Source: Alphaproteobacteria bacterium
Lineage (GTDB): Bacteria; Pseudomonadota; Alphaproteobacteria; Rickettsiales; SXRF01
Reading direction: 5' to 3'
Length of the DNA: 64,000 bases
Assembly: GCA_020049775.1 (NCBI GenBank)
Contig: JAGVLO010000006.1
Coordinates: 2,666-66,665, forward strand
Positions 27,112 through 36,617 of this stretch are shown piece by piece. The notes under the pieces were generated by a model. That model was not told where the DNA came from, did not search any database, and saw nothing but the letters and a program-made list of their open reading frames with translations. Every line of letters starts with the position of its first letter. Position 1 is the first letter of the stretch. The position numbers and the translations under genes are program-made.

Positions 27112-27828
27112 ATGGTAATTTCAAAGAGAACGGCAGCAGGTTTTGTTGTCGCAACTGCAGCCGCCCTTGCACCCACCGGATTAATGGCACAACTGCCGCC
27201 ACCAACACCGCCGAGCATTAATTGCCGTAGCGAAAAAGACAGAATTCCTACGCTGATGTTGAAGTTGTATGACATTCACCGTGAGCAATATAGCAAGTTG
27301 CTTGGAATGGATGATGTGAAGCCTATTGAGGTGATGAACACCGACAAGACGGAAATCGACGCGGAAATTACCAAAGCGCCTGAAGTGCAGCAAACCTGTA
27401 AGGATTTTGGCGTTGAAGAAAAGAAAGTGAAGAAAATTACGGTTAAGGGTGACCGTGTGGTCAACACTTACTACTTCCTCGATGAAAGCAGCGGGGTTGT
27501 CGCCAGCGCTACCACCACGCGTTACGCACACACCGATCCTGAAAAAAACAAGGACTCAAAGCTTTCACGCCAGTTCTGGACGCTGCATGTGCCGAGCGAA
27601 CAAAAGGTAGTATTTGGCTACAGGGAAACCAAGCCTGCTGAAAAACCGCAGAAGTCCAATGCCATTACGGTGGAGTACCAGCCGGCGAAGAATGTGTTTT
27701 CCACCAAGCATGTGGACATCAAGGCGGCTGTTACCAAAGATCTGGCTATGCATCCTGTTTCAGTGGTGGAACAACAAACGGCAGTTGCCCTGCCTCCTGC
27801 AAAGGTCATGGCGCCAGGTAAGAACTAG
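27112..27828 (+). CDS. Secreted hypothetical protein.
   Basis: Signal-peptide-like MVISKRTAAGFVVATAAALAPTGLMAQ. No family recognised. Confidence 0.4.
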   Translation: MVISKRTAAGFVVATAAALAPTGLMAQLPPPTPPSINCRSEKDRIPTLMLKLYDIHREQYSKLLGMDDVKPIEVMNTDKTEIDAEITKAPEVQQTCKDFGVEEKKVKKITVKGDRVVNTYYFLDESSGVVASATTTRYAHTDPEKNKDSKLSRQFWTLHVPSEQKVVFGYRETKPAEKPQKSNAITVEYQPAKNVFSTKHVDIKAAVTKDLAMHPVSVVEQQTAVALPPAKVMAPGKN

Positions 27829-27856
27829 ATTACTTGGTATTGGGTGTGCTGGACGG

Positions 27857-28189
27857 CTAACGTCCGGCGGATAGGCCTAAGTCGTTATAGACAGCGCCGG
27901 TCATGGCGGGGATGATTTTTTTCAGGTCTTCAATCCAGCGGTATGTTTCATTGGTTGCGCAAGGCACGCTTAGATAAAGCCAGTTATCATTTTCTACCTG
28001 CACGATACTTCCTTTTGGCAGCTTGTCGCCTGCGGCACTGAATAGTTTGCTTCCTACGCGTTCCAGCTCTGACTCCCCTTCGGCTGTACCCCGCCAGTCG
28101 CCATTTGTGTGCAGTTCCACACGAAGCAATTGACGCCCATCACGCTTAGAGATGGAAAATGGGCCAAAAATTACCTTGGGATAACTCAT
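27857..28189 (-). CDS. Hypothetical protein.
   Basis: 110-aa ORF in an otherwise empty interval. No family recognised. Confidence 0.35.
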   Translation of the reverse strand: MSYPKVIFGPFSISKRDGRQLLRVELHTNGDWRGTAEGESELERVGSKLFSAAGDKLPKGSIVQVENDNWLYLSVPCATNETYRWIEDLKKIIPAMTGAVYNDLGLSAGR

Positions 28190-28369
28190 AGTGCATCCTT
28201 GGGCGGGTGATGTGTTTCAAGGCTAAAGAGCTTTGCCGCCAAGGTAAAGTTATTTTAACATGTAAACGACAGCTTCATAAGGCATTTTCTACAGATTGTC
28301 TTTAGCCGCCAGTTTGTTATAACTAACACAAAATAATACCAAAAAATAAATCATCGCAGGGAGAATACC

Positions 28370-28741
28370 ATGGACATACCATCGCAGACGGTAGTGTTGC
28401 ATCCTGGCAGTAAAATGGAGGTAGCACTAAATATTCATATAACGGATTCTAACACGATTGTTGTATCAGCTGATGTAAGCAGAGAAGCAGCTGTGCAGGC
28501 ACAAAGTAAGGTTGACCGTGAAAAGTACCGCGTGTTCAGCAACGTAGTACATGCCGCTGTTTATGCAGCGCCAAAAAGCGCCATCCGCATGAAACCGTCC
28601 TATAATCTTTCCACTCAGGAAGATACGGGACAAGTAAGTTGCAGCATTCCCGTGGCAACACTTCAGGAGAGTGCGGCCATCATCGACTATCTGGTAAGGG
28701 CCGCCAGTCCGGCCCGCTCGGACACCCTCCAGCACGCCTGA
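28370..28741 (+). CDS. Hypothetical protein.
   Basis: 123-aa ORF with GGGAGAA SD 6 nt upstream. No family recognised. Confidence 0.4.
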   Translation: MDIPSQTVVLHPGSKMEVALNIHITDSNTIVVSADVSREAAVQAQSKVDREKYRVFSNVVHAAVYAAPKSAIRMKPSYNLSTQEDTGQVSCSIPVATLQESAAIIDYLVRAASPARSDTLQHA

Positions 28742-28875
28742 GGCACAGCTAAACCCATGAATATCAGCCGGTTAGCGTTATTCGCCGTAGTGTTATTACT
28801 CGGCGCTGCTCATAATTTATTTATAAATCATACCGTATAATGGCTTAATAACTTGTAATATAAACTTAAAGCCGA

Positions 28876-29472
28876 ATGTCCCAAACTCCTCGCATTGCCC
28901 TAACCAAGAATCGTACTCGCCAGAGTAAACTGGCGAAGGTGCATATTCTTGTGATTACGGCCAGTCAGGAAATCAATACATTGTTGTTTGATATTCTTTC
29001 TGCGCTGGGCTTCAAGCGCATCCATTGCGAACTGGATGCTAACAATGCTCTCAGCCTTATGAAAAGAATCCGCTTTCATTTTGTTATCAGCGATCTGGAC
29101 ATTGAAGCCAAGACGATGGGGCCTGACGGGTTTCCCAAGCTGATGAACGGCTATGGGTTTGTGAAACATATACGCGGTCTGGACAGTGCGCATAATCCTT
29201 TTGTTCCGATTGTTATGATTACCCATGACATGCGGCGCGACGACGCGTTAAAAGCGCGTGACTGCGGCGTAAACAGTATCATTCTAAAGCCTTTTGAGGC
29301 CAAGCAGCTTTGTGATGCCATGAGGGAAATTCTAGAGCATCCGAGAATATTTATCACTGCAGATAGCTATAAAGGCCCATGCCGGCGCATAGAAAAGAGA
29401 CCATTGCCGGAAGGCCTTATCGAAGACCGGCGAGTGTATGAAGTATGTATTGTAAAATTTCCAGGGAGTTAG
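28876..29472 (+). CDS. Single-domain response regulator (CheY-like receiver) with a short C-terminal extension.
   Basis: HILVITASQE...FHFVISDLDI (phospho-acceptor Asp context)...PIVMITHDM...NSIILKPF (conserved Lys). No output domain and no histidine kinase in the window. Confidence 0.7.
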   Translation: MSQTPRIALTKNRTRQSKLAKVHILVITASQEINTLLFDILSALGFKRIHCELDANNALSLMKRIRFHFVISDLDIEAKTMGPDGFPKLMNGYGFVKHIRGLDSAHNPFVPIVMITHDMRRDDALKARDCGVNSIILKPFEAKQLCDAMREILEHPRIFITADSYKGPCRRIEKRPLPEGLIEDRRVYEVCIVKFPGS

Positions 29473-29475
29473 CCT

Positions 29476-30018
29476 ATGTCAGTTGATAACAATAAGCCAT
29501 CAGGCCGTAAACCCTATGCTACGGAGCCGGACCCTACACTGAAAAATATGACGGGCGGTACGCTTGGGATGGGTGATATATTTTCTCCTGAGAATGTCAA
29601 AAATTGTCAGGCGATTATCGACACGGCGCGTGACCAGTTTTTTGATACCGCACTTCCCACGCTGGAAAAAATCCGTGCCATCGTGAAGAATGCGGAGGGG
29701 CAGCTTACCAAGGACGAACTGGAAGATGTTTTTCAGAGTGTGCGTTCTATGAAAATGCACGCTGCTACACTGAAGTATCCTTTCATTGTCGGCATATGCG
29801 AACATCTGGAGTATATCTGCACGTCACCACAGCAAGTGAGCAAAGCCAAGGCAGATTATTCACAGCTGGTACACAGCCTTGTGGAAACGCTGCACTTATC
29901 GTTCCAGCAGAAAATTGTGGATGAAGGCGGTGAAATCGGGCGTGGAATCATTGAAAGCCTGAATATGCTTTCTAAAAAGATAGCCGCTATTAAGGCGCAG
30001 CAAGCACCTGGGTCATAA
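29476..30018 (+). CDS. Hypothetical helical protein translationally coupled to the response regulator (possible Hpt-like or phosphatase-like partner; weak).
   Basis: Starts 4 nt after the receiver gene's stop. Helical-looking, with a His in ...SMKMHAATLKYP..., but it does not match the HxxKG Hpt motif cleanly. Confidence 0.3.
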   Translation: MSVDNNKPSGRKPYATEPDPTLKNMTGGTLGMGDIFSPENVKNCQAIIDTARDQFFDTALPTLEKIRAIVKNAEGQLTKDELEDVFQSVRSMKMHAATLKYPFIVGICEHLEYICTSPQQVSKAKADYSQLVHSLVETLHLSFQQKIVDEGGEIGRGIIESLNMLSKKIAAIKAQQAPGS

Positions 30019-30037
30019 ATTGTCAGCGATGTGCTGC

Positions 30038-31852
30038 TTACAGGTAGCGCATGCGGTCATGTTCAGGTTTGATGCCGTAGGTGCGGCGCATCGCCTTTTC
30101 CGCTTCGTCAAGGCTGGCTAGAGCCAGCTGTGCAACACCATCATTGGTTTTTTGTTTCTGGGTAATGGCAACCAGCGCTTCGCGCAGGGCAGGCATATGT
30201 TTCAGTGCGGCACGCGCCTGAACTTCATTCAGCTGTTCGTTCAGAACATCTTCCGGCAGGCCCGGCAACGGCGGCACTATCTTGCGGGGCGACATTTCAC
30301 GCAGGATAGTCATAGCGGCATCTGCAACGCGCAGCACTTCCGGATTTTCAGAAATCTCACCTTTGACGTCAAGTGTCATGGTCGCGATGCCGTCAAAAAG
30401 CTGCCGTAATTTACTGGTAGCAACAGATTTGTAGAACGGGCGCGGATAATTGCCTTCAAGTGTATCGTCCATAGTTTGTATTTGCGGTGTGTTCCAAATA
30501 TAGTCCGGCTCAATGCTCAGTGGCACACCACGCCTGCCGCTTTCGTTTAGACAGAATTGCGTAACGGCATTTGCGATGCCGCGTGCGTTGTCAACCACAT
30601 TGGCTGTAAGCAGTTGGCGCAGGCTTTGCTCGGCACCGGCATCAAGCCGTGGCGCACGGTGTGCCAGCATGGCGCGTGCGTCGGGGCGCGGACTGTCACT
30701 GATGAGGTGTTCAAGCGTATGCTTTGGGTTGAGTATTTCACTGGTCATGGACAGCAGGTAATGGTTCTTGAAAAACTGCTGTCCTAATTCCGTTCCAAGC
30801 TTTGTTTTAAAAAAAGCACGTCCGCGGATTTTTGCCGTATCGTCTTTGTGCGGGTGAGAAGGAGCATCATCCGGCCGTTCTGGCTTTTCTACAATTTCTG
30901 GCACTTCGCCGTCTGATGCCACAACACGATTTTTATCTTTATCCCTGTCTTTCTTTTTTTCTTTTTCAACTTCCCTTTCCTTTATAAGGGTGGCGCGCTC
31001 TTCTTCCATTTTTTCCTGAAGTTCAATATAGAATTTCTTGGGGCTACGGCGGGCGTTATGCAATTCTTCGTAAAGCTTGGTTGGCGGCAGGTGGATTTTG
31101 TAAGAACGCTCACCCACAGCGCTTGTATCCCATAAATTGCCTACGCCAAACGGGCTGACGATGGTGGGCGGGTCCACAAACACGGAATAAACGCCACGAT
31201 ACAGGTCGCGTATGGCGGCCTGTTTGCTGATGCCGTAAATAGATTCGATGTCGGAAACCAAATCGTCAATCACCAGTCCGGGCGCAGTTGGTTCTAGCAG
31301 CGCAACATTATTTACCTTGCAGTGTTTTTCCTCTTGCAGATATAGTTTTGCCCACAGCGCACTCTGCGTGCCGAGGCAGTGGCCGGATATATCAAATTCC
31401 ATGTTATCGGCAACACGGGGCATCACTTTGGTTTCTAGCCATTCCTTAGTGTTATGTACCTGGCTGCCGATGCGTTTCAGCCAGAAAGTGTCAAAAGCGT
31501 TGAGATCAGAAAACTGGTTGCGCATGGCGGTGCCGGGGAACAGCAACTTTACGCAGTGGTGCTGTGTGCCATCTGAATCTGTGAGGTGTTTTTCGAAGGC
31601 TGCCGCCTGAAAACCTGTGGTGGTGCTGAAAGCGCCGTGGATAAGTTTGTAATCGGCCTTGCTGCCGTCGGGAAAATTGTATGAGAAACTAAGGTTGCCT
31701 TCTTCCAGTGAACCGCCTGTTTTATAGCGCATGCTGCGCTTGGTCAGCTTGGCAAGTGTAGTGTCGTTGCCTGCCAGCGCACCGGCAAGCATAGTGGCTT
31801 CCAATATATCATTGGCAACGCATTGATAGGCTGATGTGGTGGCAACCGCCAT
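30038..31852 (-). CDS. Lipase class-3-like alpha/beta-hydrolase domain protein with Cys at the nucleophile position, plus a long C-terminal region with a K/E/D-rich linker.
   Basis: GFQAAAFEKH...VKLLFPGT...DISGHCLGTQSALWA mirrors the class-3 lipase pattern Gf.a.v...v.aFRGT...D..GHSLGG.lA, with Cys159 (codon 31376..31378) replacing Ser. Confidence 0.45.
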   Translation of the reverse strand: MAVATTSAYQCVANDILEATMLAGALAGNDTTLAKLTKRSMRYKTGGSLEEGNLSFSYNFPDGSKADYKLIHGAFSTTTGFQAAAFEKHLTDSDGTQHHCVKLLFPGTAMRNQFSDLNAFDTFWLKRIGSQVHNTKEWLETKVMPRVADNMEFDISGHCLGTQSALWAKLYLQEEKHCKVNNVALLEPTAPGLVIDDLVSDIESIYGISKQAAIRDLYRGVYSVFVDPPTIVSPFGVGNLWDTSAVGERSYKIHLPPTKLYEELHNARRSPKKFYIELQEKMEEERATLIKEREVEKEKKKDRDKDKNRVVASDGEVPEIVEKPERPDDAPSHPHKDDTAKIRGRAFFKTKLGTELGQQFFKNHYLLSMTSEILNPKHTLEHLISDSPRPDARAMLAHRAPRLDAGAEQSLRQLLTANVVDNARGIANAVTQFCLNESGRRGVPLSIEPDYIWNTPQIQTMDDTLEGNYPRPFYKSVATSKLRQLFDGIATMTLDVKGEISENPEVLRVADAAMTILREMSPRKIVPPLPGLPEDVLNEQLNEVQARAALKHMPALREALVAITQKQKTNDGVAQLALASLDEAEKAMRRTYGIKPEHDRMRYL

Positions 31853-32008
31853 AAATTCACTTATCCTGCAACCTGTTATATTTTTATGTATTATTGTTTT
31901 TCAGTAACATAAGCATTTGGAAGGGGGGGCTGGCAAGTGATTTCTTTACCTTGGGGTAAATTTTTATTAATAATATAGTACAAAAAACGGGGTACACTAT
32001 TACTCAAT

Positions 32009-32033
32009 CCAATGAATTACCCCAATGAATTAC
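32009..32033. repeat. Tandem direct repeat CCAATGAATTAC x2 (13-nt period) just upstream of the SD of the NagB-fusion gene; candidate operator.
   Basis: Read directly: 32009..32020 and 32022..32033. AAGGAG SD follows at about 32035-32040. Confidence 0.6.
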
Positions 32034-32046
32034 TAAGGAGTTTCCA

Positions 32047-34038
32047 TTGAGTAGCCAACCTATGTACACCGGCGAGCCTAATCTTAATCTCACCGTACTC
32101 GAAGACCATAAGGCGATTGCAAGGACGGCTGCGGATAAAATCGCGACAGCGCTGCGCAAGAAGCCGGATCTGGTGCTGGGGCTGGCTACCGGTGCAACAA
32201 TGGAACCTGTCTATACCGAACTCGTACGCATGCATAAGGAAGAGGGGCTGGATTTTTCCAAGGCACGTTTTTTCAATCTCGATTCCTACAAGGGCATTCC
32301 TTCCACCGACCGCAATTCCTATGATTTCCAGCTCAGGAAATTATTGCTGAACAAAGTTAATGCCAATCCCGACAATATCAACCTCGTGCAGGGTATCAAT
32401 TTTGATCCGGCGGAATATGAGGCAAAAATCAGGGCGGTGGGCGGCATTGATATACAGTTGCTGGGCTTGGGTGGCGAAGGGCATATTGGGTTTAACGAGG
32501 TGGGATCGACGCTTGATTCCCGCACGCGTGAGGTGCATTTGCATCCGCGTACGCTGGAAGACAACGCTATGTATTTCAACAAGCCGGGCGAAAAAGTGCC
32601 GCTCTCAGCTTATACCATGGGCATCGGCACTATTCTGGAAGCCAAGGAAATCATTGCACTTGCAAACAACCCCAACAAAGCGTGGGCAGTGCGTAATGTA
32701 ATGGAATCAACCGGTACGGCTTCGCAAGATCTGACATCACTGGAACTGTACCAGATGAATAAACTGAATAACGGCGCTGACATGGCGCAGGTAGAAGCGT
32801 TTTTTGCAGCGCAGGCGACGGGTGCGCGCAAGGAGGCGAAACCGGTGGAAGAACTGCCAGCACGTGCGCTGCACGCGCATCCGAAGGTGACATTCCTTGT
32901 CGATGAGGAAGCGGCTTCTATGACGCGCCTGACCACGCTGCTCCAGCGCAGCAACCTCACCTATGACAAGGTACAGGCGTTGGCTGACCGCTTTAGCCCA
33001 AAGGAATTGACTATTGAAGTAAATGGCGAGCAGAAAAAACTGCTGCTGCCTTCCGGCTTTGATTTCTATGACCCGAAGGTGATGGATATTGACGAGAAAT
33101 TTAATTCGTCAAATACAGTGCATGTGAAAGCGTTGCAGGAGGCACTTGCACGCACGACCGATATAGGCGTTGGTGCGCATCAGGATGATATTGAAATCAT
33201 GGCAGGCCCCATGTTGCTGGATGCGGCTGCCAGTAAGGACAAACACTGGCTGACCGTGATTGCAACTGACGGCGCGGCATCTAAGAGTATCCTCAACGAC
33301 ATGGCTGCCGAGCTTACGCCCAAGCAACTTACTGACATGCGCCAGCGCGAACAGCGCGAAGCAGCGCGTGAGGCGGGGACTCCGGCGATTCAGTTGAAAT
33401 ATCCCAGTGCTGCTGTTAACGGCCATATGGGTGAAGGCAAACGTCAGGAAGCAGCGCTTGCGCTTGGCTCGCTCTTTGCTGCCATGCCGGAAACGCAGCG
33501 CGTATTTGGCCATAACCCGATTGATAAACACGCCACACATCTTGCCGTATTCGCCGTGCAGACGGCGGCATTGCGCGCCGCAAAAAATCCCAAGCTTGAA
33601 GAAGTGCATGCCATGGAGGTGTGGGGCGGGCTGACCGGCGTGCCGGAATCGCAGCTCTCGCTGTTTGTAGTGGAGAACAGGGACAAGCTCAAAGACATCG
33701 GCATATTGATTGATAAATACCAGTCGCAGATTTTAGGGCAGGGGCGCGACTATTCACGCGGCACACTCGCACGTATGGAAGGCCATGGCGCTTATGTGTC
33801 CAGCCCGCACCTGAACAACCCGCCCGCCGGTATGGTAATTGGGCTAGATGTCACCGGTTTTACCAAAAGTACATCGACTGACATGAGTGAATTGGCACGC
33901 CAGCTTCTGGAAAAAACCACCGAGATTAAAGCGCGCCTTGCCGCCAAACATCCCATTCCAAAAACACCGGATATCGCGGGCGGTTTTACCGAAAGCTTGC
34001 TTGCGCGGAAAAGCGAACCGGACGAACGAAAATTATAA
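32047..34038 (+). CDS. Fusion protein: N-terminal glucosamine-6-phosphate deaminase/isomerase (NagB-like) domain plus a C-terminal PIG-L/LmbE-like deacetylase domain.
   Basis: N-terminus: LVLGLATGATMEPVY and DIQLLGLGGEGHIGFNE (NagB/6-phosphogluconolactonase fold). C-terminus: GVGAHQDDIEIMAG (the PIG-L AHPDDE-type motif). TTG start lies 6 nt after AAGGAG. Confidence 0.65.
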   Translation: MSSQPMYTGEPNLNLTVLEDHKAIARTAADKIATALRKKPDLVLGLATGATMEPVYTELVRMHKEEGLDFSKARFFNLDSYKGIPSTDRNSYDFQLRKLLLNKVNANPDNINLVQGINFDPAEYEAKIRAVGGIDIQLLGLGGEGHIGFNEVGSTLDSRTREVHLHPRTLEDNAMYFNKPGEKVPLSAYTMGIGTILEAKEIIALANNPNKAWAVRNVMESTGTASQDLTSLELYQMNKLNNGADMAQVEAFFAAQATGARKEAKPVEELPARALHAHPKVTFLVDEEAASMTRLTTLLQRSNLTYDKVQALADRFSPKELTIEVNGEQKKLLLPSGFDFYDPKVMDIDEKFNSSNTVHVKALQEALARTTDIGVGAHQDDIEIMAGPMLLDAAASKDKHWLTVIATDGAASKSILNDMAAELTPKQLTDMRQREQREAAREAGTPAIQLKYPSAAVNGHMGEGKRQEAALALGSLFAAMPETQRVFGHNPIDKHATHLAVFAVQTAALRAAKNPKLEEVHAMEVWGGLTGVPESQLSLFVVENRDKLKDIGILIDKYQSQILGQGRDYSRGTLARMEGHGAYVSSPHLNNPPAGMVIGLDVTGFTKSTSTDMSELARQLLEKTTEIKARLAAKHPIPKTPDIAGGFTESLLARKSEPDERKL

Positions 34039-34058
34039 AAACCATATCAGGGGGATTT

Positions 34059-34418
34059 ATGACAGAGGGTTTTGATACAGAAGATGGTGACCATGCTAAA
34101 AAAGTGGGAAAAGGCAACAGCACATCGCGCATTGATTACAAGGAATTTGGCCGCAGGTTCAACAATTGGCTGAATGATAAAGCAACATCATCCGATCGTA
34201 TCGCGGGCAATCTGGATATGGGTATGCGCCTGCATGAGCGCATTAAGACGCTGGAATCCATGGCGAGTGGATACCAGACCTCGCCGGAAGCCGTGCGTGA
34301 AGTGGCGGAATATTGCGGGCTTGAAGTGCCGTTGACCGACAAGGCAAAAGAAAAGAAATCGCCCTTTGGCCGTGGACGTGCCGCCGCTGGCGGTGATAAA
34401 AAAGCAGCAACGGACTAA
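34059..34418 (+). CDS. Hypothetical protein (possibly HTH-containing).
   Basis: 119-aa ORF with GGGGGA SD-like sequence upstream. No family recognised. Confidence 0.35.
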   Translation: MTEGFDTEDGDHAKKVGKGNSTSRIDYKEFGRRFNNWLNDKATSSDRIAGNLDMGMRLHERIKTLESMASGYQTSPEAVREVAEYCGLEVPLTDKAKEKKSPFGRGRAAAGGDKKAATD

Positions 34419-34514
34419 TCCACTCTTCTGCACCAAGTCAAAACAAGGCGTTTACAGATTTCAGTTTTGTACGCTAGGTTGCCATAGTCTCTTTCAACAG
34501 AAAGGAATTAGATC

Positions 34515-35717
34515 ATGGCATCCATCGGCACGCCGCTTTCACCTTCGGCCACTAAAATATTATTCTGCGGATCAGGGGAGCTGGGCAAAGAAGTGGTTAT
34601 GGCCCTGCAATGCCTTGGCGTAGAAGTGATTGCGCTCGACCGTTACGCAAATGCTCCCGCCATGCAGGTAGCGCACCGTTCCTATGTGCTTTCCATGCTA
34701 GACGGCAAAGAGCTTCGCCGCATTATCGAAAAAGAAAAACCGGATTTGATTGTGCCGGAAATCGAGGCTATCGCTACCGACACGCTGCTGGAGCTGGAGA
34801 AGGAAGGGTTCAAAGTCATTCCCAACGCACGGGCGGCGAAACTCACCATGAACCGTGAAGGCATACGCCGACTTGCCGCCGAAGAACTGGGGCTTGTAAC
34901 CTCGCCCTATAAATTCGCTAACAACAAAGCGGAGTTTGATGCGGCGGTAAAAGCTGTTGGCATCCCGTGTGTCGTAAAACCCATCATGAGTTCGTCCGGC
35001 AAGGGACAGAGCGTTATTCGCAGCGATGCTGACATTGATAAATCATGGAAGACGGCCTGCGAGGAATCGCGTACGGGCGGTATGTCGGTGATTGTAGAAG
35101 GCTTCATTGCTTTTGATTATGAAATTACGTTGCTTACCGTGCGGCACCGTGATGGCACGAGTTTCTGCGAACCTATTGGACATCGTCAGGTGGATGGCGA
35201 TTACCATGAATCATGGCAGCCGCACCCCATGTCGCCCGAGGCGCTGAAAGATGCGCAGCATATGGCGCAGAAAATCACCGATGCGCTTGGTGGCGCCGGT
35301 ATTTTTGGTGTGGAAATGTTTGTGCGCGGTGACGAGGTAATTTTCAGCGAGGTGTCGCCGCGCCCGCATGACACTGGGCTGGTAACGCTGATATCGCAAG
35401 ACTTGTCGGAATTTGCGCTGCATGCGCGCGCGATTCTCGGGCTTCCCATTCCCAACATACGCCAGCATGGTTCTTGTGCGTCAAGCGTGATTCTGGTGTC
35501 GGGCAACTCGGGCAGCGTTGTGTACTCGGGACTGGAAAAGGCCCTAGAGCAACCCGACACGCAACTGCGCCTGTTTGGTAAACCGGAAGTGAAGGGCAAG
35601 CGGCGTATGGGTGTGGCATTGGCGAGGGGTGAATCAATAGAGGATGCCCGCCGGAAAGCTCGCGCTGCTTCGGAGGCGGTGCAGGTAGAGTTGCAGCAGG
35701 TTAAGGCAAGTGCCTGA
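34515..35717 (+). CDS. purT: Formate-dependent phosphoribosylglycinamide formyltransferase (GAR transformylase 2).
   Basis: [23 protein letters not shown]...[22 protein letters not shown]...ATP-grasp core...RRMGVALA. Full-length match to the PurT pattern as I know it. Confidence 0.9.
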   Translation: MASIGTPLSPSATKILFCGSGELGKEVVMALQCLGVEVIALDRYANAPAMQVAHRSYVLSMLDGKELRRIIEKEKPDLIVPEIEAIATDTLLELEKEGFKVIPNARAAKLTMNREGIRRLAAEELGLVTSPYKFANNKAEFDAAVKAVGIPCVVKPIMSSSGKGQSVIRSDADIDKSWKTACEESRTGGMSVIVEGFIAFDYEITLLTVRHRDGTSFCEPIGHRQVDGDYHESWQPHPMSPEALKDAQHMAQKITDALGGAGIFGVEMFVRGDEVIFSEVSPRPHDTGLVTLISQDLSEFALHARAILGLPIPNIRQHGSCASSVILVSGNSGSVVYSGLEKALEQPDTQLRLFGKPEVKGKRRMGVALARGESIEDARRKARAASEAVQVELQQVKASA

Positions 35718-35885
35718 TTCGGCAACAACAACACGGAAACCCAGAAAAATGGCGGGTTTTAGTGCGTTTGGCTTGCAACCTGTACGTTAGTATGCTATAA
35801 CCGCCCCATCCAGACGTTAACCATTTGTTAATCATTAACGGTTGGTAACAGTTTAGTTTTTGAAATTAAACAATAAGGATTACCC

Positions 35886-35966
35886 ATGCGCCACGTTATC
35901 GCCATTGCCATTTTGCTTACCCTTGCTGCCTGCGCTCCTGACGTTCCACAATGGTTCCGTCCGTAA
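35886..35966 (+). CDS. Candidate 26-aa mini-lipoprotein (below the ORF-track cutoff).
   Basis: MRHVIAIAILLTLAACAPDVPQWFRP has a lipobox (LAAC). AAGGA lies 8 nt upstream, and a strong terminator follows ~30 nt downstream. Confidence 0.45.
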   Translation: MRHVIAIAILLTLAACAPDVPQWFRP

Positions 35967-35997
35967 TTTAGCAGCGCCTGCGCCAAAAGAATATCAA

Positions 35998-36036
35998 AGC
36001 GCCCCTGCATTATTGCAGCGGGCGCTTTTTGTTTGC
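35998..36036 (+). terminator. Intrinsic terminator after the mini-lipoprotein/purT unit.
   Basis: AGCGCCCCTGC-attatt-GCAGCGGGCGCT followed by TTTTTG. Confidence 0.65.
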
Positions 36037-36057
36037 CTCCAGAGTAGTTTTTTGGGG

Positions 36058-36399
36058 TTATTTCGATGATTGCAGCGCAGATAAGCCGGAATCTTTATCT
36101 TCTGGGCAGTCTGGCAGGCATAAAAGATGATCTGGCCGCTCCCTGTCCAGCGCGGTGGTAAGAAATTGTTGCTTGTTGCGCGTAATGGCAATTACCGGGA
36201 TTTCACTTTTATTCTTCCTAATGAAAAAAGAGATTCCCTTTTGTAAGCTCAGGATTGCCTGTTCTTCAGACAGCTTCCAGGGCTTACCATCAGGACGTTT
36301 GCCCCCAATAAATGCGATGCATTTATCCGGGTAGCTGCCCTCGGCCTTGGTGACGTAGCTGATTTCGATGTTGCGGGTGGCTTTGCTTTTATACTGCAT
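36058..36399 (-). CDS. DUF3892-like small protein.
   Basis: 113 aa. ...CIAFIGGKRPDGKPWKLSEEQAILSLQKGISFFI...LLCLPDCP matches my recollection of the DUF3892 pattern (W.ls..eai..i..G..F.v ... L..LP.C). Confidence 0.5.
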   Translation of the reverse strand: MQYKSKATRNIEISYVTKAEGSYPDKCIAFIGGKRPDGKPWKLSEEQAILSLQKGISFFIRKNKSEIPVIAITRNKQQFLTTALDRERPDHLLCLPDCPEDKDSGLSALQSSK

Positions 36400-36581
36400 A
36401 GATTTCTATCATACCCAGCAGCATCATTCCTGACAACAGAAATATTTAATATTATTATATAATTCAATAGATTGTATATAAAATTCATCTGAATTTTTAG
36501 GCAAATTGGCGGATTACGGCTAGTGTCTTGAAAACACCGGTATAATGGCATTGGCCTGTCATATAAACTTCATACGGGCAA

Positions 36582-36617
36582 CATCGACTTTTGCAGCCCT
36601 TTGTTTATAATAGCCGA
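36582..36617 (+). promoter_or_regulatory. Candidate promoter with TATAAT 6 nt before the ATG (possible leaderless transcript).
   Basis: TATAAT at 36606..36611, agccga, then ATG 36618. TCGACT -35-like element at 16-17 nt spacing. Confidence 0.3.

Noticed and set aside
28756-28839. A 27-aa hydrophobic mini-ORF (MNISRLALFAVVLLLGAAHNLFINHTV) downstream of 28370..28741.
   Set aside because: It has no SD and no lipobox or other signature, and it cannot be distinguished from chance without conservation or Ribo-seq data.
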